From a virus: a DNA stretch of 64,000 nucleotides. The stretch covers positions 1-64,000 of the IMG/VR virus record IMGVR_UViG_3300017991_000004, one strand, 5' to 3'. Below are positions 20,020 to 33,362 of the stretch, one piece after another (the first letter of the stretch is position 1; each line of letters begins with the position of its first letter). Under the pieces are notes generated by a model. That model saw nothing but the letters and a program-made list of their open reading frames with translations. It did no database searches and was not told where the DNA came from. The position numbers and the translations under genes are program-made.

Positions 20020-21434
20020 CTACCACTTTGTAATGGAGCTCGTCTCTGCTCCGGAAGAGAAGTCGATGGTCATGCGAGCCAACTCAGACTGTCGATGGTA
20101 CACATCGGAGTCGTTGGCATCGACTTGAATAGACGGGTTGAGCGTCCAGACCTTCCCCATGCCCTTGACATCAGGTCGGGTCCACCACTTGCCTTTGCCG
20201 CTTGACGCACCGTAGCTGGTGTCGGAAACGCCTGCCCCTTCAAGAGACGCCATCAACGCCCCAGTGAAGAAGAACTCGAACATACCCTGACCACCCGTTT
20301 GCGCGTCGAGAATGATTCCTCCACCTGCCACATTGATGCCATAGGTGGCACGGAGTCCCAGCATGGTGACTACCCGAGCCGCCCACTGTGCCTTCGGCTC
20401 GTAGTCCCCGGTGTAGGAATCGGTGTTGACCAGGTAACTCTCCATGAGATACCAGTCATTGATGTTCAGGGTGGACTCGACCTCTCCAGCGTTGTAGGTC
20501 GAGTTCGGGTAGGATGGGTCGTTGACCGTTCCGAGCGCGTGGTTCATGTTCCAGCAGTTTGCGAAGGCAACCATGCCCTCGTCGTGAACCTCGTCCACTC
20601 GCTCGTTCTGCTGGGCGCGTGTACTCCCGAAATCGTACCCGTACTTGTCCATGAAGATTCCGGTGACACCAACAGTCTTCCACTGGCCCACCTTGGTCTG
20701 GAAATTGGTGAGTGTTTCCGTGGTGTCGATGTAGCCGAAGATGATGCAGGACGGGTTGAGTTGCTTCACCCGCGCCACGATAGCACAGGTATTGGAGTAG
20801 TCCCCGTGGGAAGGGTTCTCCAGCCCCGCGCCCAGGACAATGAGGCCATACCGCGCAAGGTCTTGGGCGACCAGTTCGTTGTCCCAGTGCGCGTTGAAAC
20901 CGGAAGGCCAGCCATAGTAAATCATCATGTCTCGCGGACGCGAGTACATCCCCTCGATGACTTGCTGGTTGTGCCATCCGAGCTTCGCGTGAATGTTCTC
21001 CAGATTCCCAATGCGCGAAGCATGGTCTTCAGCCCAACCGCCAGCGCCCAGGATAGGCGTATGGTCGGCTAGATAGATGGGGTTGTCACTGTCGTTGAAC
21101 AACTCACGCCGCGCTATGAATCCCTGCATGAGTTCAGCCTTGGCTGAGATACCCGTCCTGGCGTCGGTCCAGATGTTCGGACCCTTCTCGTAGTAGCCCA
21201 GTTCGTTTGCAGGGTAGTCCCACGGCTGACCCGTGTGCGCCGTGACTACTCCCGCAAGGGTGGTCTGCTGCGTCGAGTCCAGCGGGTTCTCAAAGGTGAT
21301 GTGCATGTTCGTCGGAGTTTCGTCCTCATTCCATGTCACACCTTCTGGCGCAGGAAGACCTGCTGCATCTATTTCGTGCAAAAGCGCGTCCACGTTTACC
21401 GGGGCGGCTTTCAGGTAGTCGTAGGTGGTACTCA

Positions 21435-21435
<1 letters not shown>
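20020..21435 (-). CDS. Virion protein with glycoside-hydrolase-like TIM barrel (spherulin-4/PelA-like)
   Basis: IIFGYID, GVTGIFMDKYGYD, AFANCW strand/helix pattern; family call is inference. Confidence 0.5.
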
Positions 21436-22952
<1,517 letters not shown>

Positions 22953-22956
22953 GCGA

Positions 22957-24732
<1,776 letters not shown>

Positions 24733-24735
24733 GAG

Positions 24736-25380
24736 TTAGTTCCTCAATCGGACGGCTACAACGATATTACGAAAAGCAGAACGCCCTGCCGGGCCGCCCG
24801 TTTTCTTTACACGGACACCCCATTCATCTCCCGCAGAAAGGCTTACTGCTAAGTCGTCGCGCTCGTTATGTAGCACGTTGTTCAAGGTGAGACTTCCCAG
24901 TAACGCAGGTATCGCCGCACTAGAATCTTTGACAACCTCAACGTCGTAGTCTCTTGCTGCGTCTGCTGCGTTTACACGAACCGAAATACCCGATAGGGAC
25001 GTAGCACTCATTACCGTAACTCCTGCTTGGCGACAGTTGACTTCGCCCGCAGTAAGATACAGCTCTCCGTTATTAGGGACTCGAACCTTCCTTGTAAATA
25101 GGTACTCAACGTCAACCGTGCCAGGGCCGGCTATTGCAATCCAGTTACTGCCGTCCCAGGCGTATATTGTAAATGTGTCCAGCGTCAGCCGAACGTCACC
25201 TGTCGTATTTCCTACTGCGGGCAACGCTGCCGCATTCGCTACAGGTGCCTTCCAGTGTGTCGAGCCAAACAGGCCCAACAAATCGTCCAGGCGATACGCT
25301 AATGCCGCCAAAGCCGGCGTCAGCTTCACCTGAACATCTGGCAGCGGTAGTTGCCATTTCGGAGTTGTATCTACAGGCAC
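24736..25380 (-). CDS. Virion fibre-associated protein
   Basis: C-terminal domain paralogous to the fibre 2 C-terminus (GIS.RV.A.DA.R.YDVEVV; GVR....G..GRS.F). Confidence 0.65.
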   Translation of the reverse strand: MPVDTTPKWQLPLPDVQVKLTPALAALAYRLDDLLGLFGSTHWKAPVANAAALPAVGNTTGDVRLTLDTFTIYAWDGSNWIAIAGPGTVDVEYLFTRKVRVPNNGELYLTAGEVNCRQAGVTVMSATSLSGISVRVNAADAARDYDVEVVKDSSAAIPALLGSLTLNNVLHNERDDLAVSLSAGDEWGVRVKKTGGPAGRSAFRNIVVAVRLRN

Positions 25381-25395
25381 AGTACAATCTCCGAG

Positions 25396-26016
25396 TTACC
25401 GCAGAGTCCTTAAGGCTTTCCGTAGCGCATCGGCCCGAATATCCTTCGGCAACCGTTGCCACCTGCGCCGAACAGCTAAAACCGTTGGGCGCCAGTGCGG
25501 TCGCGGAGGCATCCCGTGGGGGCCTGCGGTACCGTATTCCAGCCAACCTACCAAAACAGGCAGAGGTACTTTGGCATCCGGATGCTCAATGTCGGGGACG
25601 TACACCGAGTACAGCGTCCCTTCGTCTGAGTCTTCTTCCGTCACCTGGATGTTTTCGAGGTAAAACCCAGTCGCAATCAGTGGGCGCGGGTCCAAACCCG
25701 CTGCCGCTTTCCGCTCAACGTAGTCTTCCCGCAACGGCGGGAACCGAAAAGGCGACCGGGAATCGAGTCCTCTTGTCCTCGAGTCGTAGAAAGGCATCTG
25801 TTGGAGGCGAAGACGGGTCGGTAACCCTTGTGCGCTCCCGGCTAGCACCTTCTCTACGAGCAAGGTGTAACTGCCAAAGGCAAGGTTCCGCATCTGCGGA
25901 CCCGTGGCTTTGATAGTCTCCGGATACACCGAGGGGAAGAACGCCTTGTTCGTCCGCAGACGATAAGACTTTCCGCCCACTTTAACGGTGTGGATTAGTT
26001 CGGGTTTCTTCGCCAT
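25396..26016 (-). CDS. HK97 gp10-like / neck-tail completion protein
   Basis: WLEYGT...MPPRPHWRP signature; start taken at MAKKPEL. Confidence 0.65.
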   Translation of the reverse strand: MAKKPELIHTVKVGGKSYRLRTNKAFFPSVYPETIKATGPQMRNLAFGSYTLLVEKVLAGSAQGLPTRLRLQQMPFYDSRTRGLDSRSPFRFPPLREDYVERKAAAGLDPRPLIATGFYLENIQVTEEDSDEGTLYSVYVPDIEHPDAKVPLPVLVGWLEYGTAGPHGMPPRPHWRPTVLAVRRRWQRLPKDIRADALRKALRTLR

Positions 26017-26581
26017 CAGGCTCGTCTTTGAAAAAATCCTTCGGGTAGTGAAGGACTGGCTGCTCTTTTTGAATAGTAAGAGGAGAATCCGGCGCGTTAG
26101 CATCCATGCGATACTTAGTTGCCGGGGCAGCGTATAGGGCCTCGATGCCTGTCGTGCCCCAAAACTGGTCGGGTTGTGCAGTATCTTGCAGTTCGTAGAG
26201 GTCGTTTCGCCACTGAACGAGGTCTTGTGCGCGAGGAAGATACTGGTCATCTTCCCACTCCATGCCCGCTTCACGCACAGCGACAGCCAGGCGGAAGGTT
26301 TCTGCTCGGGAGATAACCACCCGCAGGGTGCGGCGATGGTCTACACCAGGCTCTACGACTTCAGAATCGTCGCTCGGCTCGATGTAAAGGAAGGAGGGAA
26401 TCGGGGAAAGGAACTTACGGAGATGCTTAGATGTCTGGAGGAAGATGTCGTCTTTCGGGGACTCTTCGAGCAAAAAGACGTTCAACCAGACCGGCCGGAT
26501 GTTGCGGTCGTCATTCTTGGCCTGACGAATCACCAAGAGGCGCTCACGCGCCGAGATTCTATAGGGCCATATTCCCGCCAC
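25982..26581 (-). CDS. Putative neck / head-closure protein (gp14-like)
   Basis: PRAQDLVQWRNDLYEL...FWG pattern; synteny. Confidence 0.5.
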   Translation of the reverse strand: MAGIWPYRISARERLLVIRQAKNDDRNIRPVWLNVFLLEESPKDDIFLQTSKHLRKFLSPIPSFLYIEPSDDSEVVEPGVDHRRTLRVVISRAETFRLAVAVREAGMEWEDDQYLPRAQDLVQWRNDLYELQDTAQPDQFWGTTGIEALYAAPATKYRMDANAPDSPLTIQKEQPVLHYPKDFFKDEPDGEETRTNPHR

Positions 26582-26885
26582 TGGTCGCCTCTGTCAGTTC
26601 CTGCCGAATAGATTCGCGGCAGCGGTCCTCAGTTCGCAAGTCGCCTTGCCAACCGTCTCGGGCAATCCCCTCGAAAAGGTCTGCCCAATACGCGGCACGT
26701 TCTTCGAACTCGGTACCTTGTAGAACTTCAGAGGAGCGGCGGGCTACTCGGAGGACGGCTCGCAGTGAGGTGGGACGGCGCACAGGAAGCTGCCGGTAAA
26801 GGTCGTTCTCAGCTTCCTTGAGTGCCCGTTCTTTACGAGTCAACCATCCGTAGAAGGAACGAATGAGTCCTATTTGTGTCGCCAT
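26559..26885 (-). CDS. Hypothetical protein
   Basis: ORF in the neck region; start taken at MATQIG. Confidence 0.45.
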   Translation of the reverse strand: MATQIGLIRSFYGWLTRKERALKEAENDLYRQLPVRRPTSLRAVLRVARRSSEVLQGTEFEERAAYWADLFEGIARDGWQGDLRTEDRCRESIRQELTEATSGGNMAL

Positions 26886-26997
26886 TTCCCGCGCCTTCCT
26901 TGTCCCGTTGCACCAACGAGGTCTGCAAGTGTCGGCCCGAAGATGTAAGTAGATTATCTCACAGCACCAGAGAAAAGGCAACAGGCATCAAGTGACT

Positions 26998-27708
26998 TTA
27001 ACCAACCCAAATCGGCGGAGGAACGGACTTTAAGGAGTTCATCAGTTTCTCCTCAACCTCCGCAATCATCTCCTCGCCCTTCTCGCGCCACACCTGAGCG
27101 TTCGAGCCGATTTCGCCTTGGGGTCCGGGTACGACGCCTGCTTGTTCGAGGATGTCAGCAGCCAGCACTTTTGCATAGCCTAACGCCGCTTGCTCGAAGA
27201 AGTGTTCGTCGTCGTAGCGAATATCAGTCCCGTACTGCGCCCGTTGACGCGCAAAAAGGGCCATCGCCTTCAGAGGCCGGGAAGGATTGTAGAGGTAAAG
27301 GACGTTCTCCTCGGGGTCCCACCACCAGTCCGGTTGGGTACCGGAAAATCTTTCCATGCGGCGAAGGTCCGTCCACCGCTTGAAAAACACTCGCGCCCCT
27401 CGCCTACCCCATCGAAGCTGGAGTTGCCAAACGTCAGGCATGGGTGCCAACGGCCCTTGGTCAGCATCCGAGAACCGGATGTCAAGCACTCCGCAGATTC
27501 CCACCTCATTCTCGGTCAATTCGAGGTAAGAGATTCCCCCGGCGATAGTGCCGAGGTTCAACCAGCGGAGATGTGGCCGGTAGCGATTCCAGAGTTGAGT
27601 TGCCCGGCGAAGGGCGGTGTTGTAGTTCTCGTTGGTGAGTTCTACGTCAACACCGTCCCCGCCGAGGTCGTTGCGGAGACGCTCACGCCATTCGTCATGC
27701 GTTGGCAT
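26998..27708 (-). CDS. Neck protein / head-tail adaptor (gp13-like)
   Basis: LGGDGVDVELT...A.QLWNRY N-terminus, G..I..NA...G..MI..VEE.L, C-terminal PPIWVG. Confidence 0.75.
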   Translation of the reverse strand: MPTHDEWRERLRNDLGGDGVDVELTNENYNTALRRATQLWNRYRPHLRWLNLGTIAGGISYLELTENEVGICGVLDIRFSDADQGPLAPMPDVWQLQLRWGRRGARVFFKRWTDLRRMERFSGTQPDWWWDPEENVLYLYNPSRPLKAMALFARQRAQYGTDIRYDDEHFFEQAALGYAKVLAADILEQAGVVPGPQGEIGSNAQVWREKGEEMIAEVEEKLMNSLKSVPPPIWVG

Positions 27709-28072
27709 CTTCCTGTTTCTCCAGGATGAACTTGACCAGAGCCTTCTTGTCGCCCTTCCCATTCGGTCCCGCAATCGCTTGCAGTTCCTTCTTGGTCAAA
27801 GCCTCGAGGTGCGACTGCGTGTACCTGGGTGGGGCTTTTTCTTCGCTCTCCAATCTGCTGGTACCAGCAGATGAAGACTCGCCCTCTTGGGGCGTTTCGG
27901 TAGGAGCAGGTCCCGAAGAAACGGGCTGCTCCTTCCGAATGAGACCTGTGCCCAGATACTGCTCGTAGTGGGAATCGTGGAGACGCTGTCCCGCGCGAAG
28001 CGTCACCATACCGCCGTTTTTACCGGGCAGCACACACTCGCGGAGGACTAGGTAGGTGGTTTGTTCGTCCAC
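27695..28072 (-). CDS. Hypothetical protein with C-terminal Rho-N/HeH-like motif
   Basis: LEALTKKELQAIA...KKALVKFILE; contains an in-frame palindrome (SAGTSR). Confidence 0.6.
   Translation of the reverse strand: MDEQTTYLVLRECVLPGKNGGMVTLRAGQRLHDSHYEQYLGTGLIRKEQPVSSGPAPTETPQEGESSSAGTSRLESEEKAPPRYTQSHLEALTKKELQAIAGPNGKGDKKALVKFILEKQEDANA
27854..27871. repeat. 18-bp palindrome (intragenic, encodes SAGTSR)
   Basis: Exact copy in the linker of 27695..28072. Confidence 0.95.
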
Positions 28073-28084
28073 AGCGGCTTCCCC

Positions 28085-28492
28085 CTACGACTGCTTGGGC
28101 TTGGCAGAAGGCTGGAGGCGGGCGCGGTCGCGGTGGGCCTGGCCGGTCTGTTCCTGAATGACCTGACCCAGGTTCTCAGCCGCTTCGCCCAACGGCTTAT
28201 CGAACCGAGGGTCGAAGTCGTCCACCTGACCCATCTTAGCCTTGGCGTACTCCTCCGGCACAGATTCCCCTGTGCGAAATCTGCGCTCCTTCTCCAGTTG
28301 CGCCTTGAAGCCCTCGTCGAGGTCTTCCGCACGGATAAGACCCTGAACGTGCGGCGCAATCTGCTCGTAGTATTCACCGTCGAGCGAGTCGCCGCGTTTC
28401 AGGCTCTTGGACCCGCCACTTTCGGTGGGCACGACGGCCCCGACATCCGAAACGCAAATCCATTCCGACTTTTTGGGTTTCTCTTTGGCCAC
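28085..28492 (-). CDS. Hypothetical protein downstream of the capsid gene
   Basis: GGAGG RBS, GTG start, 135 aa. Confidence 0.6.
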   Translation of the reverse strand: MAKEKPKKSEWICVSDVGAVVPTESGGSKSLKRGDSLDGEYYEQIAPHVQGLIRAEDLDEGFKAQLEKERRFRTGESVPEEYAKAKMGQVDDFDPRFDKPLGEAAENLGQVIQEQTGQAHRDRARLQPSAKPKQS

Positions 28493-28560
28493 GGTAGCAC
28501 CTCCTGAATAGAAAACAGGTACTTGAGAACTACACTTTCATTATACCTGGTATGAAAGTG

Positions 28561-28599
28561 CAAACAAGAAAGAAGGACCCCGGAATTGCTCCGGGGTCC
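28561..28599 (-). terminator. Rho-independent terminator after the major capsid gene
   Basis: 10-bp stem GGACCCCGGA/TCCGGGGTCC followed on the minus strand by TTCTTTCTTGTTTG. Confidence 0.75.
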
Positions 28600-28620
28600 C
28601 TCTTGCCCACACCTGGCTTG

Positions 28621-30078
28621 CTAGACGTTGATGACGAAGAGTCGGCCGATGGTCTCCGGGTCCACGATGTAGATGCAGTATTCCGAGAGGAGCGCGGTGT
28701 CCTTCCGGAACGCGACCTGGTGGATGGGAGCCTTGTAGAGCGGGATGTACATCCCGACGATGGCCGACGTGGACACGAACTCCGGCCCCTTGTAGGAGAG
28801 CGTGCCCTGGAAGTTCTGGTAGGTGGGGTCGACGTAGACGTCGATGTTGTGCCGGGTGAGCCGCCCCACCTTGCGCGGACCCGCGATGCCGTCGTTCGCC
28901 ACGCTGGTCTCGCCCACGAAGCCGTCCTGGGCTTCGACGATGAACCAGATGTCGGGGCTGATGACCAGCTTGTTCGGCATCGTGGTCTGCGTCTTCTCCC
29001 AAATGAGCGCCTGGAGGCGCGTCAGGAAGAAGGAGAAAGTCTTGATGTGGAAGGAGTAGGGCACGCCTGCCGGGGCCGCGTTGTCGAACACAACCGACCC
29101 GCCCGCTGCCGCGTTGCGGAGGGTATTGAAGACGTGCTTCAGGGTCTCCATCTGGATGAGGCGACCCGCCGCATCGAGGATGGTCGGCTCGGCGTTGATG
29201 CCGAAGTCGTTGATGAAGTCCATGACGGACTGCACCGACCAGCGGGCTGCCAGGGCGCGGGGGTGGGCCTCGACCTGTTCGCTGCGAAGCACGATGCCAA
29301 CCTCGGGCAGCTGGAGCGCGGCCTCGATGTTGTAGTTGTACTTCGCGACCACGGGGGCCGTGGTGTTGGCGGCGAAGGTCACGTTGATGGCGCCCGTGAG
29401 GTAGTTGATGGTGTTGACGCCTGCGGCGATGTCACCGACGAGGTTGCCGTTGCCGTCGTCCCGCACCACCTGGGTCCCGTCCGTGAGCTGGAAAGTGTTC
29501 GGGATGACCGGGGTGTAGCCGAGGTTCACGATGTAGCCGGGGCCGGGCGGGACACCGACGGCCTCGTCGGTAATCCAGTGCGACGTGAAGTCGTCGCGGC
29601 CGTAGAAGCCGGAGAGGGCGTTGAACACCCGACGGCCCATCGGGATGTTGCCCTTGGCGTTCTCCGTCTGCACGTCGAGGAAGTGCACTCGGCCCGTCCG
29701 GGTGGGAAGGGGCTGGACGGACACGATGTCATCCAGGATGTTCTGCGCGTAGGTCGAGGAAATGAGCGCGAGGCCCGTCTTGACCCACTGGGGCATGTCG
29801 CCGCGGTCCGTTTCCGTCAGCTTCCAGGTCTGCTGGGTGTGCTTGACGAAGTTCTCCATCACGCGGGCGACCATCGCCTTGAACAGCGGGTCGAGTTCCT
29901 TGACGTCGCAGTTGCGGGCAGCCGCGATGGGGTCGAAGCAGCGCACTGCTTCGTTCACACCCACCTGGGCGTCCTTGAAGTTCTCGAACCTTTCGACGAG
30001 CCGCTTGTTCATCAGAACGACCTGCTCGTTGAGTTCGGAGACGTTCTGGCGGGTTTCGATGCCTGCCGATTTCAACAT
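28621..30078 (-). CDS. Major capsid protein (T4 gp23-like)
   Basis: DIVSVQPL, EAHPRALAARWS, VYVDP, YKG, YIPL motifs; strong codon bias. Confidence 0.92.
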   Translation of the reverse strand: MLKSAGIETRQNVSELNEQVVLMNKRLVERFENFKDAQVGVNEAVRCFDPIAAARNCDVKELDPLFKAMVARVMENFVKHTQQTWKLTETDRGDMPQWVKTGLALISSTYAQNILDDIVSVQPLPTRTGRVHFLDVQTENAKGNIPMGRRVFNALSGFYGRDDFTSHWITDEAVGVPPGPGYIVNLGYTPVIPNTFQLTDGTQVVRDDGNGNLVGDIAAGVNTINYLTGAINVTFAANTTAPVVAKYNYNIEAALQLPEVGIVLRSEQVEAHPRALAARWSVQSVMDFINDFGINAEPTILDAAGRLIQMETLKHVFNTLRNAAAGGSVVFDNAAPAGVPYSFHIKTFSFFLTRLQALIWEKTQTTMPNKLVISPDIWFIVEAQDGFVGETSVANDGIAGPRKVGRLTRHNIDVYVDPTYQNFQGTLSYKGPEFVSTSAIVGMYIPLYKAPIHQVAFRKDTALLSEYCIYIVDPETIGRLFVINV

Positions 30079-30117
30079 GGTGAAAATCCTCCAGGATTGT
30101 GAGAAGTCTGGTTTGTC

Positions 30118-33100
30118 CTATCTCTTGGTGCGGTGCCTTCGCGCCAGGCCGGCCAGCGGGTCGTAGGTTTCCTCGGTGAGGTCCTTGTCGTCGCTGCTCA
30201 CCTTCGCGGTAGCGCCACTTGACGTTTCCATGATAACAGAAGTTGGCTCCTTGTCCACCTCTTCTTCCTGGCTTTCCTCGACTGGAGGCGGCTCAGTCGG
30301 GGATTCCTTCAGAAGGTAGAGAAGTTCCCGCGCCGAACGGCGCAGTTCATCCACCGTTTGCGCCTTGCTCAGGATGTGCTGTGCGCGGTCGAGAACGGGG
30401 AACTTGATTACGAGGCGGTCCTGTTCGGCTGACAGCTCCTTCAACCGCACCAGGTCGTCCATCGTCTGGTTCATCTCCTCCAGCACTCCGATTTTCTCCT
30501 GAGCCTCGTCGAGCGCCTTTTGGAGTTCCTCGTTACGGGCGGTGAGGCGGTCGATTAGTTTCTGCGCTGCCTCGTCGATTTGCACCTGGGACAGAGCCGG
30601 CTTATCTTCGGTCACCGGTTCAGGCTCTGCTGATTCCTGCGGCGTATCTTCGAGGGACTCGCGCCACACGCGAAGACGCTTGGCTTTGAGGGCGTCCATG
30701 ACTTCCTGGAAGTCTTCGTCGTCGCCTACGACGTCGATGATGTAGGAAGCAGGCTTGATGGAATTGCCCCACAGGAAGTCAAGGTAGGGAAATTCGCGTT
30801 CAAGCACCTTCTGAGCCGCCGCGCGGTCAGTTGCCGCAATTCCAATGAGACGTTCGGAAATGTTCCGGTGCTGCGCCTCCGTCTGGTACTTCAGAGCGTT
30901 CTGGAGATAGAGTTCCCAGGGCTCCATGCCCTGCTGCTCCTTCGGCACCTTCTTGTAGGCTTTCATCGCCTCCTTCTTGCACTTGCGAACCTCTGCCGCG
31001 AGGTCGGGGCGCATCCCTGCGGCGATTTCCATCTTGCCGCTGGACGGGCCGTGCATGGTCGTGGCGAGCTTGCCGAGCTCCTCGTCGGCCAGAGACATCT
31101 TGTCGTACTGCTCCTTGGCGAAGGCAGAGTAGTCAGGGAGGCTCTTTTTCTTCTCCATGAAAGCCTTGACGACTTTCTCCTTGAGGTCTTTGTCCGTGGA
31201 TTCACGGAGCTTTGCGCCGACTGACTGGAACATCGCCTTGACTTGCCTCAAGTCTCTTCCGTCAAAGGCAAGAACGGTTTCGGTTTCGGAATCTGTGTCT
31301 GTGTACACGAAGGGATAAAGGTCGCTGTCCGTGAAAACACCTTCGAGTTCTTCCAGGTCATCGACTCCGAAATCACGGAAATCCCGCTCGTCGAAATTGA
31401 TGAGAATCATGTTTTTCATGAGGCTGGCTTCACTGAGCTGTGCCTTCAACTCGTCCGTAACTTCCGCTTCACGAAGCCTTGCGCCAACCTTTGTGTATTC
31501 CCGCCGCAAGTCACGGATGCTGCCTTTGAACACGCCAATGAGACTGTCATTCAGCATCAAATCCTTCAAAACCATCACTTCATCGCCAAGGAGGTCTTCC
31601 AGTTTTTCCGCCAGTTCCTCCACATCGCTAACGCCGAATGCCTGATAATCATGTTTGCCGACAACAAACAGCACAACATCCGACACTGCGGTAGCTTCCT
31701 TCAGGTTCTTCGGCATGACTCCCTCCATCCAGTATTTGCCGCCCCAGACCTTCAGTCGGTAGATGCCTTGCGACGCGATGGGCCGCACGCTGGTCTTGAG
31801 GGTAGGCCGTTTCTTGTTAATGGCGTATTCGATAGCGACGGCGGTGTCCTTGTCGTCGAACTCCATCGTCACTTCACCTTTGTTCTTGTCCCACCAGACC
31901 TCATTCTTCCAGAGGTCGATGGGGTAGTCGTTCTCCACGAAATCGAGTTCGTCGGGAAGAGACTTGACCATGTGGCGCTGTCCCTTGCGCGGCGCCTCGT
32001 CGAGTTTGTCTCCTTCAGGCTTTTGCTTGCTCTCCAAACGGTCGAGGATGCCGTTGTACCTAACAAGTACCTTGTTCAGTAACTCGTCGTAGGTACGAGT
32101 GGGCGGCATCGCTTTCGGGTCCATAGCGATGTACAGTTCCTTGCCGTCGAGTTGCACCCGGTCAACTTCATCGAAAGCACCAACCCACTCTGACACAATG
32201 TCCCACGCTTTTTCAGCACCGCGAATAGTCTTGAAAGTATAGATGTGGACGTTGCCCTTGGCCTCGTCGAGTTCCTCAACTCTGCTGGTACCAGCAGACT
32301 TTTCAGTCTCGGAGAGTTCACCCAGGTTGAGCCAAACATCCCAGGCGTTCACGATACTCTCCCACTGGTCGATGGTGCCAGTGACAAACTCGTCCCAGTC
32401 CATTTCGTCCGGGTCGAGAAACTCGATGATACCCGTGAGCGCGTCGAGGTGTTCAGCGAAGTCCGGGTCGATTTGCTCCCGCTCCATTTTCTTCTTCCGC
32501 AGGAGCGCGTGAAGTTTTCTTGCCGACGGCTTGAGCTGCCTGGCGCTGGCTTTCAGGTCGGAAATGTCGTCGCCGTCGGCAGCCAGATACTTCAAGTCGC
32601 CTGTGTTACCTGTCTCGATGTCGGCCATGCCAGACTCGACCCAGGCATCCTTGTACTTGCCCGTAGTGCTGACGAAGAACTCCTTGAGTCCCTTGAGTTC
32701 CTGGCGACGTTCCATGAGAAGTTGCTTACCGGTCTTGGGACCTGCCTTGGATGTCTCTTCGGCCGATTCCTTCGCCGACTCTTCGGACGCCTGCTCCGCC
32801 AGCGCCTGTTCGTAGGCTTCGGTGAGGCGCTTTGTGACTTCCTCCGTCACGCGGGCGTCACCCACGGACGGGTCGGCCACACAGTCCCAGGTTTCCGGCT
32901 CGAAATCTTCCTGCACCTCGTCCACACCGTCTTCCATCTTGACGATGGAACCCGTCGCGCGGGAAGAGAGGCCGAAGTTGAGGCGGTCGTCGATAAGGGA
33001 AGCGATGGTGCGGCCGGGAATAGTGGAAAGTGTCTCGAAGTTGATAAAAACTTCGTCGCCTTCCATCCACGCCTCGGTGACAAGAATGGCAGCCTTGTTG

Positions 33101-33354
33101 AGGTCGGACCGACCGTCCTCGGGGTGCTCGATATGGCCGAACACCTGGCGGGCCACGATTTTCGTCATGAACTGGGAACCCTCTTCCAGGTGCGGCCCCC
33201 AGGTCTTTTCCTTCATGTAGCGGCGCTTGTTGCGGTTGGTCTTGTTGCAGTGCTGCGCCTTAACCCGCTCAACCCGACGGCGGTTGTTTTCCAGCTTGGT
33301 AATCTTCGCCTCTTCCAGGCGAAGGATGACTCTTTCAGTCAGCAGTTGTGGCAT
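30118..33354 (-). CDS. Prohead protease (gp21/peptidase U9) fused to accessory modules and a C-terminal scaffold-like coiled coil
   Basis: NRNKRRY, GHIEHP, T..G, GLSSRATGS, WDCVADPS in the first ~170 aa; acidic coiled-coil C-terminus next to the capsid gene. Confidence 0.85.
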   Translation of the reverse strand: MPQLLTERVILRLEEAKITKLENNRRRVERVKAQHCNKTNRNKRRYMKEKTWGPHLEEGSQFMTKIVARQVFGHIEHPEDGRSDLNKAAILVTEAWMEGDEVFINFETLSTIPGRTIASLIDDRLNFGLSSRATGSIVKMEDGVDEVQEDFEPETWDCVADPSVGDARVTEEVTKRLTEAYEQALAEQASEESAKESAEETSKAGPKTGKQLLMERRQELKGLKEFFVSTTGKYKDAWVESGMADIETGNTGDLKYLAADGDDISDLKASARQLKPSARKLHALLRKKKMEREQIDPDFAEHLDALTGIIEFLDPDEMDWDEFVTGTIDQWESIVNAWDVWLNLGELSETEKSAGTSRVEELDEAKGNVHIYTFKTIRGAEKAWDIVSEWVGAFDEVDRVQLDGKELYIAMDPKAMPPTRTYDELLNKVLVRYNGILDRLESKQKPEGDKLDEAPRKGQRHMVKSLPDELDFVENDYPIDLWKNEVWWDKNKGEVTMEFDDKDTAVAIEYAINKKRPTLKTSVRPIASQGIYRLKVWGGKYWMEGVMPKNLKEATAVSDVVLFVVGKHDYQAFGVSDVEELAEKLEDLLGDEVMVLKDLMLNDSLIGVFKGSIRDLRREYTKVGARLREAEVTDELKAQLSEASLMKNMILINFDERDFRDFGVDDLEELEGVFTDSDLYPFVYTDTDSETETVLAFDGRDLRQVKAMFQSVGAKLRESTDKDLKEKVVKAFMEKKKSLPDYSAFAKEQYDKMSLADEELGKLATTMHGPSSGKMEIAAGMRPDLAAEVRKCKKEAMKAYKKVPKEQQGMEPWELYLQNALKYQTEAQHRNISERLIGIAATDRAAAQKVLEREFPYLDFLWGNSIKPASYIIDVVGDDEDFQEVMDALKAKRLRVWRESLEDTPQESAEPEPVTEDKPALSQVQIDEAAQKLIDRLTARNEELQKALDEAQEKIGVLEEMNQTMDDLVRLKELSAEQDRLVIKFPVLDRAQHILSKAQTVDELRRSARELLYLLKESPTEPPPVEESQEEEVDKEPTSVIMETSSGATAKVSSDDKDLTEETYDPLAGLARRHRTKR
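32281..32298. repeat. 18-bp palindrome (intragenic, SAGTSR)
   Basis: Exact copy in an inter-module linker of the protease polyprotein. Confidence 0.95.
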
Positions 33355-33362
33355 GGTTCACC

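Noticed and set aside
28533-28560. Inverted repeat CACTTTCAT..ATGAAAGTG around a minus-strand TATAAT after the capsid terminator
   Set aside because: Possible promoter/operator, but single occurrence with a poor -35; not enough support to call.
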